Shown here in pieces: positions 25,615 to 34,664 of a stretch of DNA of 64,000 nt. The DNA is from Deferrisomatales bacterium (GTDB taxonomy: Bacteria > Desulfobacterota > Deferrisomatia > Deferrisomatales > JACRMM01): contig JAWSUI010000005.1 in the NCBI GenBank assembly GCA_033551855.1, positions 1 through 64,000 of the forward strand. The letters run 5' to 3'. Below the pieces are notes generated by a model. It was not told where the DNA came from. It was given only the letters and a program-made list of their open reading frames with translations, and made no database searches. Position 1 is the first letter of the stretch; each line of letters starts with the position of its first letter. The position numbers were made by a program, and so were the translations under genes.

Positions 25615-26850
25615 TCAGTCATCGGCAGGAAGCAGGGTACTCCCGCCGCGCCCCGCCGGTCCAGGGGGGCGACGGGGTCCGGGAGGGGTTCGGATCCAGC
25701 CCATGCGGCCCCAGGCGAGCACCTGCCAGGCCCAGCTCTCTTGGGTCTGCCAGTACCCGTCCTCCGCGCCGGCGGCACGGAGGCCCACCAGGAATGCCCG
25801 GGTCTCCGGGTCCAGGGGTGTCGGCTCCCGGCCCCAGAGGGGCGTCCCGGGCAGGGGGTGGAAGTAGTGGGCGTGGATCTTGGCGCCGGTGGTGCGCCGC
25901 AGGTCCGAGGCCAGGCGTACGGTGGCTTTCCGGTCCTCGAGGGACTCCTCCGGCAGCCCGAAGATCAGGTCCACGTGGGGCAGGAAGCCCGCAGCCCGGG
26001 CGACCCGTGCCGCCCGCGTCACGTCCCCTGCCGTGTGCCCGCGCCCCAGCCGCCGCAGCACGGCATCGCTGCCCGACTGGCCCCCGATCACCAAGGCCCG
26101 GTTGCGGCAGTGTGCCCGCAGAAGTGCGGCCGCGTCCGGCGTGACGCGCTCGGGGCGGACCTCGGAGGGGAAGATCCCGAGGGCGGGGGCAGCCCCCACC
26201 TCGCGAAGACCCCGCAGCAGGGCCTCCAGGGCATCGAGACCTCCCCCGTAGGTGAGGGCGTCCGGGGTGATGAACGAAACCGCCGGGCGGCCCCTGGCGC
26301 ACAGGTCGGCGACCGCCGCGAGGACCGGTGCGTGGCTCCGGTGCCGGGGCGGCCTGCCCCCCACCGCGCAGAAACCGCAGCCGAAGGCACAACCCCGCGT
26401 GAGCTCCACGGGCCCGTGCCGACCCCGGCCGAACGGGGGGAAGGCATCCAGACAGACCCGGCCCTCGCCCCGGCTCACGGGGGCCCCCTCCCCCGATGCG
26501 AGGAAGGCCGGCAGGGTCTCCTCCGCTTCCCCCACGAACACGTGGTCGAACCCCAGGGCGAGGGCGCCCTCCGGATCCGCCGAGGTGTGGGGTCCCCCCG
26601 CCAGGAAGCGCAGCCCGGGGTTCTCCCGCCGCAGATTCGCCACTTCCCGCCGGACGTCCGGGAGCTGGAGGGTCGGGAACGAGTAGAGGGCCAGGGCGCG
26701 GTCTCGACGGCGGCGGGCTCGCTCGGCAGCCGTGCAGAGCTCGGCGGCGGACCGGCAGGCCTCCCAGGGGACCTCGCAGGCGTCCAGCACGCCGGTCAGC
26801 GCGTTGAGGGTGTACAGGTTGGTCCGGGTCTGTCGCAGAAGGGCGATCAC
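25615..26850 (-). CDS. B12-binding-domain radical SAM protein
   Basis: AGGPH, VGEAE, RGCAFGCGFC (CxxxCxxC), GGQSGS, DLIFGLP, F.PLPGTP. Confidence 0.88.
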   Translation of the reverse strand: MIALLRQTRTNLYTLNALTGVLDACEVPWEACRSAAELCTAAERARRRRDRALALYSFPTLQLPDVRREVANLRRENPGLRFLAGGPHTSADPEGALALGFDHVFVGEAEETLPAFLASGEGAPVSRGEGRVCLDAFPPFGRGRHGPVELTRGCAFGCGFCAVGGRPPRHRSHAPVLAAVADLCARGRPAVSFITPDALTYGGGLDALEALLRGLREVGAAPALGIFPSEVRPERVTPDAAALLRAHCRNRALVIGGQSGSDAVLRRLGRGHTAGDVTRAARVARAAGFLPHVDLIFGLPEESLEDRKATVRLASDLRRTTGAKIHAHYFHPLPGTPLWGREPTPLDPETRAFLVGLRAAGAEDGYWQTQESWAWQVLAWGRMGWIRTPPGPRRPPGPAGRGGSTLLPADD

Positions 26851-27162
26851 GGCGCCGCAGGGCTCCAGCCTCGGTGGAGGCCGGGCCAGGTCATCCGCAT
26901 CCTGCGCCCCGTTCCCCGCGGCCCATTCTCTATCCGTAACATGATGGATAACATTGACTTAAAGAAAGTGTTGCACCACCTCTTCCATGAGGGTATGGTT
27001 CCGCCCGCGCCGCCGGCCCGCTCCGCGGAGCCAGGGCCGGCCGAGACCCGGGAGGAGCCCCGAGACCGTCCCCGCCAACGTGCACCGCAGACAACGGTCT
27101 CCACCCGCCTCGTCCCGTCGGCACGCGGCACGCGGTGGGGGCCGAGGGGGGAGGCACCGCAC

Positions 27163-27504
27163 GTGGACACCGCACCCGACCCCGGCCTCTGCAGCGACCT
27201 GACGAGACTCACCGCTTCCCTCCACGCGGCCCACGCACAAGGCCTTCTGCGGAACCCGGCCGCGGTGGACGAGCTCCTTCGGGGCATCGCCCAGGCGATC
27301 TCCCAGACCGTGGAGGGCGACCACGTGGACCCGGAGACATCGTGGTCGCTCCGCAGCGCCCTCCACTGGGATTATTTCGAGATGGGCCTCAAGGAGGCCC
27401 TGCTGCGGTCCTCCTTTGGGCTCCAACCGTCGCTGTGCGTGGCCGTGCGGGAAGTGGTGGACCTGACCCTGCGCTCCCTGAGGCGCTCCCACCTGTGCGA
27501 CTGA
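27163..27504 (+). CDS. Hypothetical protein (~113 aa; start uncertain)
   Basis: GTG after GGAGG, G/C-rich third positions; possible promoter TTGCAC-N17-TATGGT at 26971. Confidence 0.5.
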   Translation: MDTAPDPGLCSDLTRLTASLHAAHAQGLLRNPAAVDELLRGIAQAISQTVEGDHVDPETSWSLRSALHWDYFEMGLKEALLRSSFGLQPSLCVAVREVVDLTLRSLRRSHLCD

Positions 27505-27519
27505 ACCGCCCCACCCCTC

Positions 27520-27601
27520 GTTGGCAGCGCCCTCCCGGGCGCGAACCGGGCTGCAGGCCCGCCGGCGCACCCCCCGTCGCGGGCGGAAGCCCGCCTCCCA
27601 C
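27520..27601. repeat. REP doublet (REPIN-like), GTGGGAGCG family
   Basis: Arms and GCAGGCCCGCC spacer shared with 50361-50512 and 32000-32023. Confidence 0.7.
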
Positions 27602-27637
27602 GGGCTGACCAAATCCCTTGCCCCCGGCTTCCCCGGG

Positions 27638-28240
27638 TCACGCGTCGGGCCGCCCCCTCCCCCCTGCCAGCAGCACCCGCACGCCGAAGCGCTCCAGGAG
27701 GGAGGTGAGGGCGATCAGGGGCAGGCCCACCAGGGCCGTGAAATCCCGGCCCTCCACCGCCTCCATCAGGGCGATCCCGAGGCCCTCGATGCGGAAGGAC
27801 CCGGCCGAATCCAGGGGGCGCTCCGCGGCCACGTAGGCCTCGATCTCCTCCGGGGCTAGGGGGCGCAGGGTGACCCGCACCGTCTCCAGGGCCGTCTCCT
27901 CTCGATCGCCGAGGACGAGCGCCAAACCGGTGTGGAAGGCCGCCTGTCGCCCGGCCATGGCCCGAAGCTGGTCCACCGCCGCGGCCTCCGTGCCGGGCTT
28001 TCCCAGGATCCGCCCTCCCACCTCGGCAACCTGGTCGGACCCGACCACGAGCCGCCGGGGGTACCGGCGCGCCGCGGCGCGGGCCTTCCCCAAGGCGTGG
28101 CGGAGCGCGAGCCCCGGCGGGCCCAGACCGGCGACCAAGCCCTCGTCGTAGCCCGGCGCCACCGTCTCGAAGGGCAGCCCCAGGCGGCCGAGGATCTCCC
28201 GACGAGCGGGGCTCGTGGAGGCGAGGATCAGGGGAAGCAT
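27638..28240 (-). CDS. maf: Maf-family nucleotide pyrophosphatase
   Basis: LILASTSPARR, VGSDQV, LGKPG, AGSFRIEG, LVGLPL. Confidence 0.92.
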   Translation of the reverse strand: MLPLILASTSPARREILGRLGLPFETVAPGYDEGLVAGLGPPGLALRHALGKARAAARRYPRRLVVGSDQVAEVGGRILGKPGTEAAAVDQLRAMAGRQAAFHTGLALVLGDREETALETVRVTLRPLAPEEIEAYVAAERPLDSAGSFRIEGLGIALMEAVEGRDFTALVGLPLIALTSLLERFGVRVLLAGGRGRPDA

Positions 28241-28322
28241 GTCTTTGCTCGTTGGGGGTTCGGGGTCCGACGGGACCTTGGGGACCCAGGGGACGGATCG
28301 GACCCCGGGATGCGGCCGCCCG

Positions 28323-29339
28323 TCACGTCTCGCACTTCACGTCACCCGCACCCGTCCGCTCGTTGGCGGCGAAGAAGGCCTCGGACCTCTCCCGAGCCTC
28401 CTCCAGGGAGCGGCTTCCCTGGACGGCAGTGGCCAGGGAGTGGCCGAAGGGGTAGGTCTGGCTGAAGTAGTGGGTGAATTCCTTGATGCGCCCGAGCCGG
28501 CGCTCCGGCGGGAAGCTCTCCGCCGCCAAGGCCAGGAACCGCCGGTACAGGGCAGGGCGGGAAACGGCCGGGACCTCGGCGCCCGCCCCGAACACGTCAC
28601 GCGCCACCCGGGCGAAGAGCCAAGGTCGGATCACCGCTCCCCGGCCCAGCATCAGGCCGTCGCACCCCGACTCCTCCAGGCAGCGGCGCGCGTCCTCCGG
28701 GGTGAAGATCCCCCCGTTCCCCACCACGGGCACCGAGACCCAGGATTTCACCTTCCCGATCCAGGCCCAGCGGGGTCGGCGGCCGTAGGGCTCGCCGCGC
28801 AGCCGGGCGTGCACCGTGACCAGGTCCACCCCCTCGGCCTCGAGGAGGAGGCAGAGGTCCCGCAGGGCTCCCTCGTCCAGGCGCTCCCCCAACCGGATCT
28901 TGGCGGTGAGGGGCAAGGGCGTCCTTCGCCGTGCCTCCCGCAGCACCCGGGCTGCCTCCTCGGGCAGCGCCGCCAGTGCACTCCCGGCCCCCCGGCGCCG
29001 CACCTCCGGCGCCGGGCAACCGAGGTTCACGTCGATCGCGTCGGCCCCCAGGGCGTGGAGCACTTCGAAAGCGGGACCCACCTCCTCCGGGGCGGCGAGC
29101 AGCACCTGGTGGGAGAGGGGGGATTCCGCCGGGGTACGGCGCAGGTAGGGGGAAGCCCACCGGTCCTCCGCCGGGAGGCTTCGGGCCGAGAGCATCTCGG
29201 TGGAGTACAGCCCCACCCCGCCGAGCTCCGAGAGCAGCCGGCGGAAGGCCGTGTGGGTGACTCCCGCCATGGGCGCGAGAAACAGGGGCGGATCGACCAC
29301 CAGGGCGCTCCTCCCCACCCGGAGGAGCGCCCTGCTCAC
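28323..29339 (-). CDS. tRNA-dihydrouridine synthase family protein
   Basis: LAPMAGVT, IDVNLGCP, TAKIRLG, TVHAR, GNGGI, MLGRG. Confidence 0.9.
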   Translation of the reverse strand: MSRALLRVGRSALVVDPPLFLAPMAGVTHTAFRRLLSELGGVGLYSTEMLSARSLPAEDRWASPYLRRTPAESPLSHQVLLAAPEEVGPAFEVLHALGADAIDVNLGCPAPEVRRRGAGSALAALPEEAARVLREARRRTPLPLTAKIRLGERLDEGALRDLCLLLEAEGVDLVTVHARLRGEPYGRRPRWAWIGKVKSWVSVPVVGNGGIFTPEDARRCLEESGCDGLMLGRGAVIRPWLFARVARDVFGAGAEVPAVSRPALYRRFLALAAESFPPERRLGRIKEFTHYFSQTYPFGHSLATAVQGSRSLEEARERSEAFFAANERTGAGDVKCET

Positions 29340-30577
29340 CGCTCCACCCACTCGGCCCGCACGACCCCGACTCCCCCTTCGTCTCCGGGCAGAGTTTCGC
29401 GCCACACCAATCGACCCTGGGGGAGGCGAAGCGCCCCGAGCAGAGCTTCCGGGCCCAGGCCGGCGTCACGGGCCTCGAGGCGCCACACCGCCGAGCCGTA
29501 CCTCACCTCGCGCAGGGTGGCCTCGCGCACCTCCGCCACCAGGGGAAGGGAGCGCCCGATGGCCTCGACGAGGGAAGGCGCCCGCAGCCCCTCCACCGCC
29601 AGGTCGAACCGCTCCACCTCCTCCCCCAGGCTCCAGCCCGATTGCTCCAAGCGGGCGAGCAGAGAGGCGGCCAAGCGCTCGCCCGCCCGCCTCGCCGCCC
29701 GGGCGGCGGCCTCCACCGGGTCCTCTGCCTCTGCGCCCGCCGCCGCCTCGCCTCGGGCGAGCAGATCCCCACGGCGAGCCTCGACGATCCACCCCTCCAG
29801 GGCAACGGAGGCCTCACCCCCTCCCGCTTGCGGGAAGAGCACGAAGGCCACGTGGCAGCCCAGGTCCCTCGCCCACCGGGCGGCGGCGCTCTGGTCCGGA
29901 GCTTGCGAGAAATCGGCAGGCAGGCTTCGGGTGACGTACCCCTGGGCCTCCAGCACCCGGCGAAGCGCCCGGGCGGCCCCCTCGGCGGCAGACCCGCCCA
30001 GGGGCACCACCGCGACGCGGGGGCGGGCCGGGAGAACGTGAACCAGGACCCCCAGGGCGCGGAGGCGGGCCAACACGCTGTCCCGGTCGATCTCGGCCTC
30101 CACCGACATGACGAGCTCGTCGCCCTCGACATCTTCCAGGACGATCGAGTAGCGCTGGATGTAGGGCAGGGGACGGGCCAGGAAGGTCGATCGGAGCTCG
30201 GGGGCGCGGGACCGGAGGTCCTGCGGGGAGACGTGTCGCTCGAGGACAGACCCCACGGCCCGGGAGAGGGCCGCCGCCAGCGCCGCCCGCTGGGCCACGG
30301 AGAGGTCGCCCTCTGCGGCGGGGGCGCGCCCCTCCGCGTAGACCGTGAAGGCCCCGGCGTCCGGGGCCGCGAGCGCCGCGAAGAGGGCCGCGCCGAAGAG
30401 GAGCGCCCCCAGCCATCGTCCGCCCCGCCCGGGTCCGCCCCCTGCCCGGCGCCTCCTCGGCCCGGCCCCCGAGGAAGCCTTCGCCGGTGCCCAGCCCGGC
30501 TCGGCCGGCCCGGCACCCGCACACCCCCGGAGCGCCCGCGGGCCGGCGCGCTCAGAAGTTCTCGTAGATCGCCTCAA
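29336..30577 (-). CDS. Hypothetical exported protein (start uncertain)
   Basis: Signal-like WLGALLFGAALFAALAAPDAGA then a globular region; GTGA overlap with dus. Confidence 0.6.
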   Translation of the reverse strand: MRRSTRTSERAGPRALRGCAGAGPAEPGWAPAKASSGAGPRRRRAGGGPGRGGRWLGALLFGAALFAALAAPDAGAFTVYAEGRAPAAEGDLSVAQRAALAAALSRAVGSVLERHVSPQDLRSRAPELRSTFLARPLPYIQRYSIVLEDVEGDELVMSVEAEIDRDSVLARLRALGVLVHVLPARPRVAVVPLGGSAAEGAARALRRVLEAQGYVTRSLPADFSQAPDQSAAARWARDLGCHVAFVLFPQAGGGEASVALEGWIVEARRGDLLARGEAAAGAEAEDPVEAAARAARRAGERLAASLLARLEQSGWSLGEEVERFDLAVEGLRAPSLVEAIGRSLPLVAEVREATLREVRYGSAVWRLEARDAGLGPEALLGALRLPQGRLVWRETLPGDEGGVGVVRAEWVER

Positions 30578-30794
30578 ACTTCTTCAGGGGCTCGAAGGGA
30601 CGGATGTGGGAAATGGCGTGTTTGTACAGAAGGTGATAGCTGCCGCCGGTGCGGATCACGACGCAGAAGTTGTCGAAGGCCTTCAGGGACCCCTCGATCT
30701 CCTCCCCGGAGAGCAGGCGTACCGTCACGTCGACCTTCTCGCGGCGCAGGTTGTTGAGGAACTGGTCCTGGATGTTGATCTTCGTCTTGGCCAT
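30552..30794 (-). CDS. hfq: RNA chaperone Hfq
   Basis: IQDQFLN.LRREK, FDNF, YKHAIS; follows miaA; ATG after GGAGGTG. Confidence 0.93.
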   Translation of the reverse strand: MAKTKINIQDQFLNNLRREKVDVTVRLLSGEEIEGSLKAFDNFCVVIRTGGSYHLLYKHAISHIRPFEPLKKFEAIYENF

Positions 30795-30851
30795 CGTGGC
30801 CACCTCCGGGGAAAAGACAGCAAGCGAACAGATAGAAAGGACAGAAGGGTA

Positions 30852-31820
30852 TCATAGCGGCGTGCTGCCCGTTAGCAAGAAGTTTCTCGCCCGATCCCGC
30901 ACCTCGGCTACCTCCCCGGGCCGGACCCACTCCAACTCCATCCTCCGGAACCAGGTCATCTGGCGCTTGGCGAGGTTCCGAGTGGCGCGCTGGATCGACG
31001 CCGCCACCGCCTCCCGCTCCCCCCCCTGCCGCAGGTAACGCGTGATCTCCCGGTACCCGATGGCTTGGAGAGCGGGGGAGTCGGGCGAGACCCCCGCAGT
31101 CAGCAGGCCCCGCACCTCGGCCTCCCAACCCTGGGCCATCATGCGCACCACCCGCTCGTCGATGCGGCGGTAGAGCTCCGCCCTCGGCCGCTCCACCCCC
31201 AGGCAGAGGGCATCGTAGGTCCGCTCGGCAAAGCCGTGGGCGGCCTGGAGAGCGGAGAGGCGCACCCCCCGCACCCTCCACACCTCGAGGCCTCGCACGA
31301 TGCGGCTGCGGTCGTTGGGGTGGAGCCGGGCCGCGAGCTCCGGGTCGGCCGTCGCCAACTCCGCGTACAGGAGCCCCCCTTCGCCGGCTGCCCAGGCCGC
31401 CTCGAGCTCCCCCCGCACCGCCGGGTCCCGAGGAGGGCCCTCCGCAAGCCCCCCGAGGAGGGTCTTGAGATAGAGGGCGGTTCCCCCGCACACCAGGGGC
31501 ACCCGCCCCCGGGCCCGGATCTGCCGGATCGCCCGGTCGGCCTCGGCCCGGAAACGCCCCGCGTGGTATGCCTCCCCGGGCTCCGCCACATCGACCAGAT
31601 GGTGGGGGACCCGCGCCCGCTCCTCCCGGGACGGCTTGGCGGTGCCGATATCCAGGCCGCGGTACACCTGCAGCGCGTCCGCCGAGACGATCTCGCCCCC
31701 CAGGGCCTCGGCCAGCCCCAGGGCCAGCTCCGACTTCCCCGAAGCCGTGGGGCCGGTGATGACGAGGATGGAAGGCCGCAGGGCTGCGTCGGTCAGGGAG
31801 TGCGGTCGCGGGCCCCTCAT
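30852..31820 (-). CDS. miaA: tRNA dimethylallyltransferase
   Basis: GPTASGKS, SADALQVY.GLDIGTAKP, GGTALY, AIGY, AKRQMTW. Confidence 0.96.
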   Translation of the reverse strand: MRGPRPHSLTDAALRPSILVITGPTASGKSELALGLAEALGGEIVSADALQVYRGLDIGTAKPSREERARVPHHLVDVAEPGEAYHAGRFRAEADRAIRQIRARGRVPLVCGGTALYLKTLLGGLAEGPPRDPAVRGELEAAWAAGEGGLLYAELATADPELAARLHPNDRSRIVRGLEVWRVRGVRLSALQAAHGFAERTYDALCLGVERPRAELYRRIDERVVRMMAQGWEAEVRGLLTAGVSPDSPALQAIGYREITRYLRQGGEREAVAASIQRATRNLAKRQMTWFRRMELEWVRPGEVAEVRDRARNFLLTGSTPL

Positions 31821-31842
31821 CACAGCTTCTTCTCCTGGGCAC

Positions 31843-32023
31843 GAGGACCTAGGGGACCGCAGGGACGGCAAGGACCGCAAGGACGGGGGCCGTTCCTCTT
31901 CACGCTTCCCGCCCTCCCAATCACCCCACTTCCTCAATCTCCCTCCCCCGCCGGGGGAGGGCCGGGGCGGGGGTCCCCCGGACCCGGCTACAAACCCCGT
32001 CGCGGGCGGGAGCCCGCTCCCAC
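31843..32023. repeat. Cluster of three repeat types in the mutL-miaA spacer
   Basis: 9-nt GGAC array 31843-31885; CCCTCCCCC/GGGGGAGGG hairpin 31939-31973; REP TCGCGGGCGGGAGCCCGCTCCCAC 32000-32023. Confidence 0.65.
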
Positions 32024-32049
32024 AGGCCCAGCCTCCAGCCTCCAGCTTC

Positions 32050-33981
32050 CTACCCCCGATGAAACATCCCCTCCACCTGCCGGCGGGTCAGGCGGACCAG
32101 GAGGGGGCGGCCGTGGGGGCAGTGGGTGGGGTGGCGCAGGGTCTCCAGCCGGGCCAGGAGCTCCCCCACCTCCGAGGGGTCCAGACAGGCCCGGGCCTTC
32201 ACCGCCGCGGCGCAAGCCGCCCGGCGGGCCAGGGCCTCGCGCCGGCCGCCCTCTTCGAACCCGGGGACGCCGCCCCACGCCGCGGCCTCGGCCCCCAGCA
32301 GGTCCCGCACCGCCGCCTCAACGGCCTCCACCGGGAGTCCGGCCGGCGCCTCGCGCACGGCCACCGCTGCCGGGCCGAAGGCTTCGGTGCGAAATCCCAG
32401 GGCCGCCAAGGCGTCCCGGCGCTCCTCCCACCCGGCCAGCTCCCCGGGGGAGCACTCCAGGGTCACGGGCAGGAGCAGGGTCTGGGTCTTGGGCGCCCCG
32501 GGCCGGCCGGCCGCGTCGTCCAGGAGCGCCTCGTAGAGCACCCGTTCGTGGGCCGCGTGCTGGTCCAGGAGCACGAGCTCGCGGCTGCCGGGATCCTCGA
32601 AGAGGAGGTAGGTGGCGTCGAAGGCCCCCAGGTAGCGCAGCCCACGAAACGGCCCAGCGCCCGTCCCCGCATCGACGGGCACGCCCTCCCCGGGAACGCC
32701 GTCGTCGTGGCGGCTTCCCCCTCCGGCCCCCGCCCCCCCCGAGACGGTCCGGAAGGACCCGAAGGGCGGCGGAGGCCGGGGGGCCATGCCGCGGGCCTCC
32801 GCCCGGCGGGCGTAGTCCTGCAGAGCCTCGGCTACCCGTGTCGCGGCGGGCGCGTCCCGGCCTCGGCCCGGCGGAGGCGCTCCCTCGCCCGCCGCGCGGC
32901 CCCAGCTCGGCGGTGTCCCGGAACCCCCGACCGGCGGCTCCTCGCCGACCGTCTCGCACCCCGGCTCGCGGCGGCGCCCCGGCCCGGCCCACGCCCCCTC
33001 GGCCAGGGCCTGGGCGGTCCGCCCGGCCACCCAGCGGAACACCCGGGACTCGTCCCGGAACCGCACCTCCCGCTTGGCCGGGTGGACGTTCACGTCCACC
33101 TCCTCCGGGGGGAGCCGCAGCCACAGCAGGGCCACCGGGAACCGCGCCGTCTCCAGCAGGCCCCGGTACCCCTCCAGGAGCGCCCGGAAGAGCAGCCGGT
33201 CCTGCACAGGCCGGCCGTTCACGAAGAGGCGCATCCCCCGGCGGTGCCCCCGCCCCTCGTGGGGGGCCCCGAAGGCGAGCGTGAACCCCCACCCGTCGGC
33301 CTCCCCCTGGGCCCAGCGCAGCCCCGCCGGCGCCTCGGCCCCCACCACCTCGGCCGCGCGGTCCTCGAGGCTCTGGTCGGGGGGAAGGGCCAGGAGCACC
33401 CGGTTCCCGCTGCGCAGCTCGAACCCCACCCCGCAGTGGGCCAGGGAGAGCTGGGTCAGGGTCTCCACCACGTTGCGGAGCTCGGTGGCGTCGCCCTTGA
33501 GGAACTTGCGGCGGGCCGGAACATTGTAAAAGAGGTCCTCCGCCTCCACCCACGTGCCCCGGGCCGCCCCCCGGGTCTCCACCGAGACCAGGCGCCCGCC
33601 CTCCAGCCGCACCTCGGTCCCCTCGGGGTCGCCCTCCGCCCGGGTGAGCAGGCGGAGGCGGCTCACCGAGGCGATGCTCGGCAGGGCCTCGCCCCGAAAC
33701 CCCAGCGTCCCGATCCGTTCCAGGTCCTCCGCAGCGGCCAGCTTGCTCGTGGCGTGGCGCTCCAGGGCCAGCAGCGCGTCGTCGCGCCCCATGCCGCACC
33801 CGTCGTCCTCCACCGAGATCGCGCGCCTGCCGGCCCCCTCCACCCGCACCCGCACCCGGCGCCCCCCGGCGTCGACCGCGTTCTCCACCAGCTCCTTCAC
33901 CACGCTCGCCGGCCGCTCCACCACCTCCCCCGCCGCGATGCGGTTGGCCACCTCGTCGGGCAGCACGCGTATCCTTGCCAT
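32050..33981 (-). CDS. mutL: DNA mismatch repair protein MutL
   Basis: IAAGEVVERP, GFRGEAL, DVNVHPAK, endonuclease DQHAAHER, CPHGRP. Confidence 0.96.
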   Translation of the reverse strand: MARIRVLPDEVANRIAAGEVVERPASVVKELVENAVDAGGRRVRVRVEGAGRRAISVEDDGCGMGRDDALLALERHATSKLAAAEDLERIGTLGFRGEALPSIASVSRLRLLTRAEGDPEGTEVRLEGGRLVSVETRGAARGTWVEAEDLFYNVPARRKFLKGDATELRNVVETLTQLSLAHCGVGFELRSGNRVLLALPPDQSLEDRAAEVVGAEAPAGLRWAQGEADGWGFTLAFGAPHEGRGHRRGMRLFVNGRPVQDRLLFRALLEGYRGLLETARFPVALLWLRLPPEEVDVNVHPAKREVRFRDESRVFRWVAGRTAQALAEGAWAGPGRRREPGCETVGEEPPVGGSGTPPSWGRAAGEGAPPPGRGRDAPAATRVAEALQDYARRAEARGMAPRPPPPFGSFRTVSGGAGAGGGSRHDDGVPGEGVPVDAGTGAGPFRGLRYLGAFDATYLLFEDPGSRELVLLDQHAAHERVLYEALLDDAAGRPGAPKTQTLLLPVTLECSPGELAGWEERRDALAALGFRTEAFGPAAVAVREAPAGLPVEAVEAAVRDLLGAEAAAWGGVPGFEEGGRREALARRAACAAAVKARACLDPSEVGELLARLETLRHPTHCPHGRPLLVRLTRRQVEGMFHRG

Positions 33982-34305
33982 GGGCCACCTCCGCGGGCAC
34001 TCTAGCACCCGGCCTCCGGGGGACTCAAGACGCACCGTCCCCGGACCCCGGCACAGGCCGACACCGCACCTTGCCCCAAGGGGTAGCGCCCTTCCGGGCC
34101 GCGAGCTACGATCTGTGGCAACAGGGAAATTTCCGCCAGGATTGATTCTCGCCTTAGCCTAATCGCCACGGTTTCTCGTAGGTCTCTCCCCGACCCGGTG
34201 CTTTCCGTGTCGTTAACCCTTGACTCGGACCTCCCCCCGAAGGCACCCTGCCGTCCGCAGAGCATTGCGCTCTAAGGGGAAAATGTGCTTTGTTGCCAAA
34301 GACGC

Positions 34306-34468
34306 TTGCCTTCCTTGTGTTTGCTGGCTATACTCCGCTGCCAAATCGCAGAGCCGTGAAGGAGGGGCGACCTTCGGCAGACCTCCGGGCTTCTTCTGGA
34401 TCTCGCAGATTCGGGCGAAAAGCAGCGCTTTCCAGGCCTTGACTCTGGATTTAAACCGCTGTTATGCT
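34306..34468 (+). promoter_or_regulatory. Two tandem sigma70-like promoters upstream of the porin
   Basis: TTGCCT-N17-TATACT (34306-34334); TTGACT-N18-TATGCT with TG extension (34439-34468). Confidence 0.5.
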
Positions 34469-34664
34469 CCGCGCGCGAGATTTTCGTTTGTGTGGCCGCA
34501 GCGGCGGCTCGGCCCTCGGGCCGTATGAAATAGAGGGTAGTAGGAGGCGTGTCCTGCTCTTTCAACCTAGGAAAAAGGAGGTGACGCGGACAATCCGAGG
34601 TCGGAAGGTACCAAACAGGACCGATTCACCAACGGGTTGGGTCAACCACTACAGGAGGAATGGG

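Noticed and set aside
34000..34664. Known riboswitch in the mutL-porin gap
   Set aside because: No family consensus recognisable by eye; needs an Rfam scan
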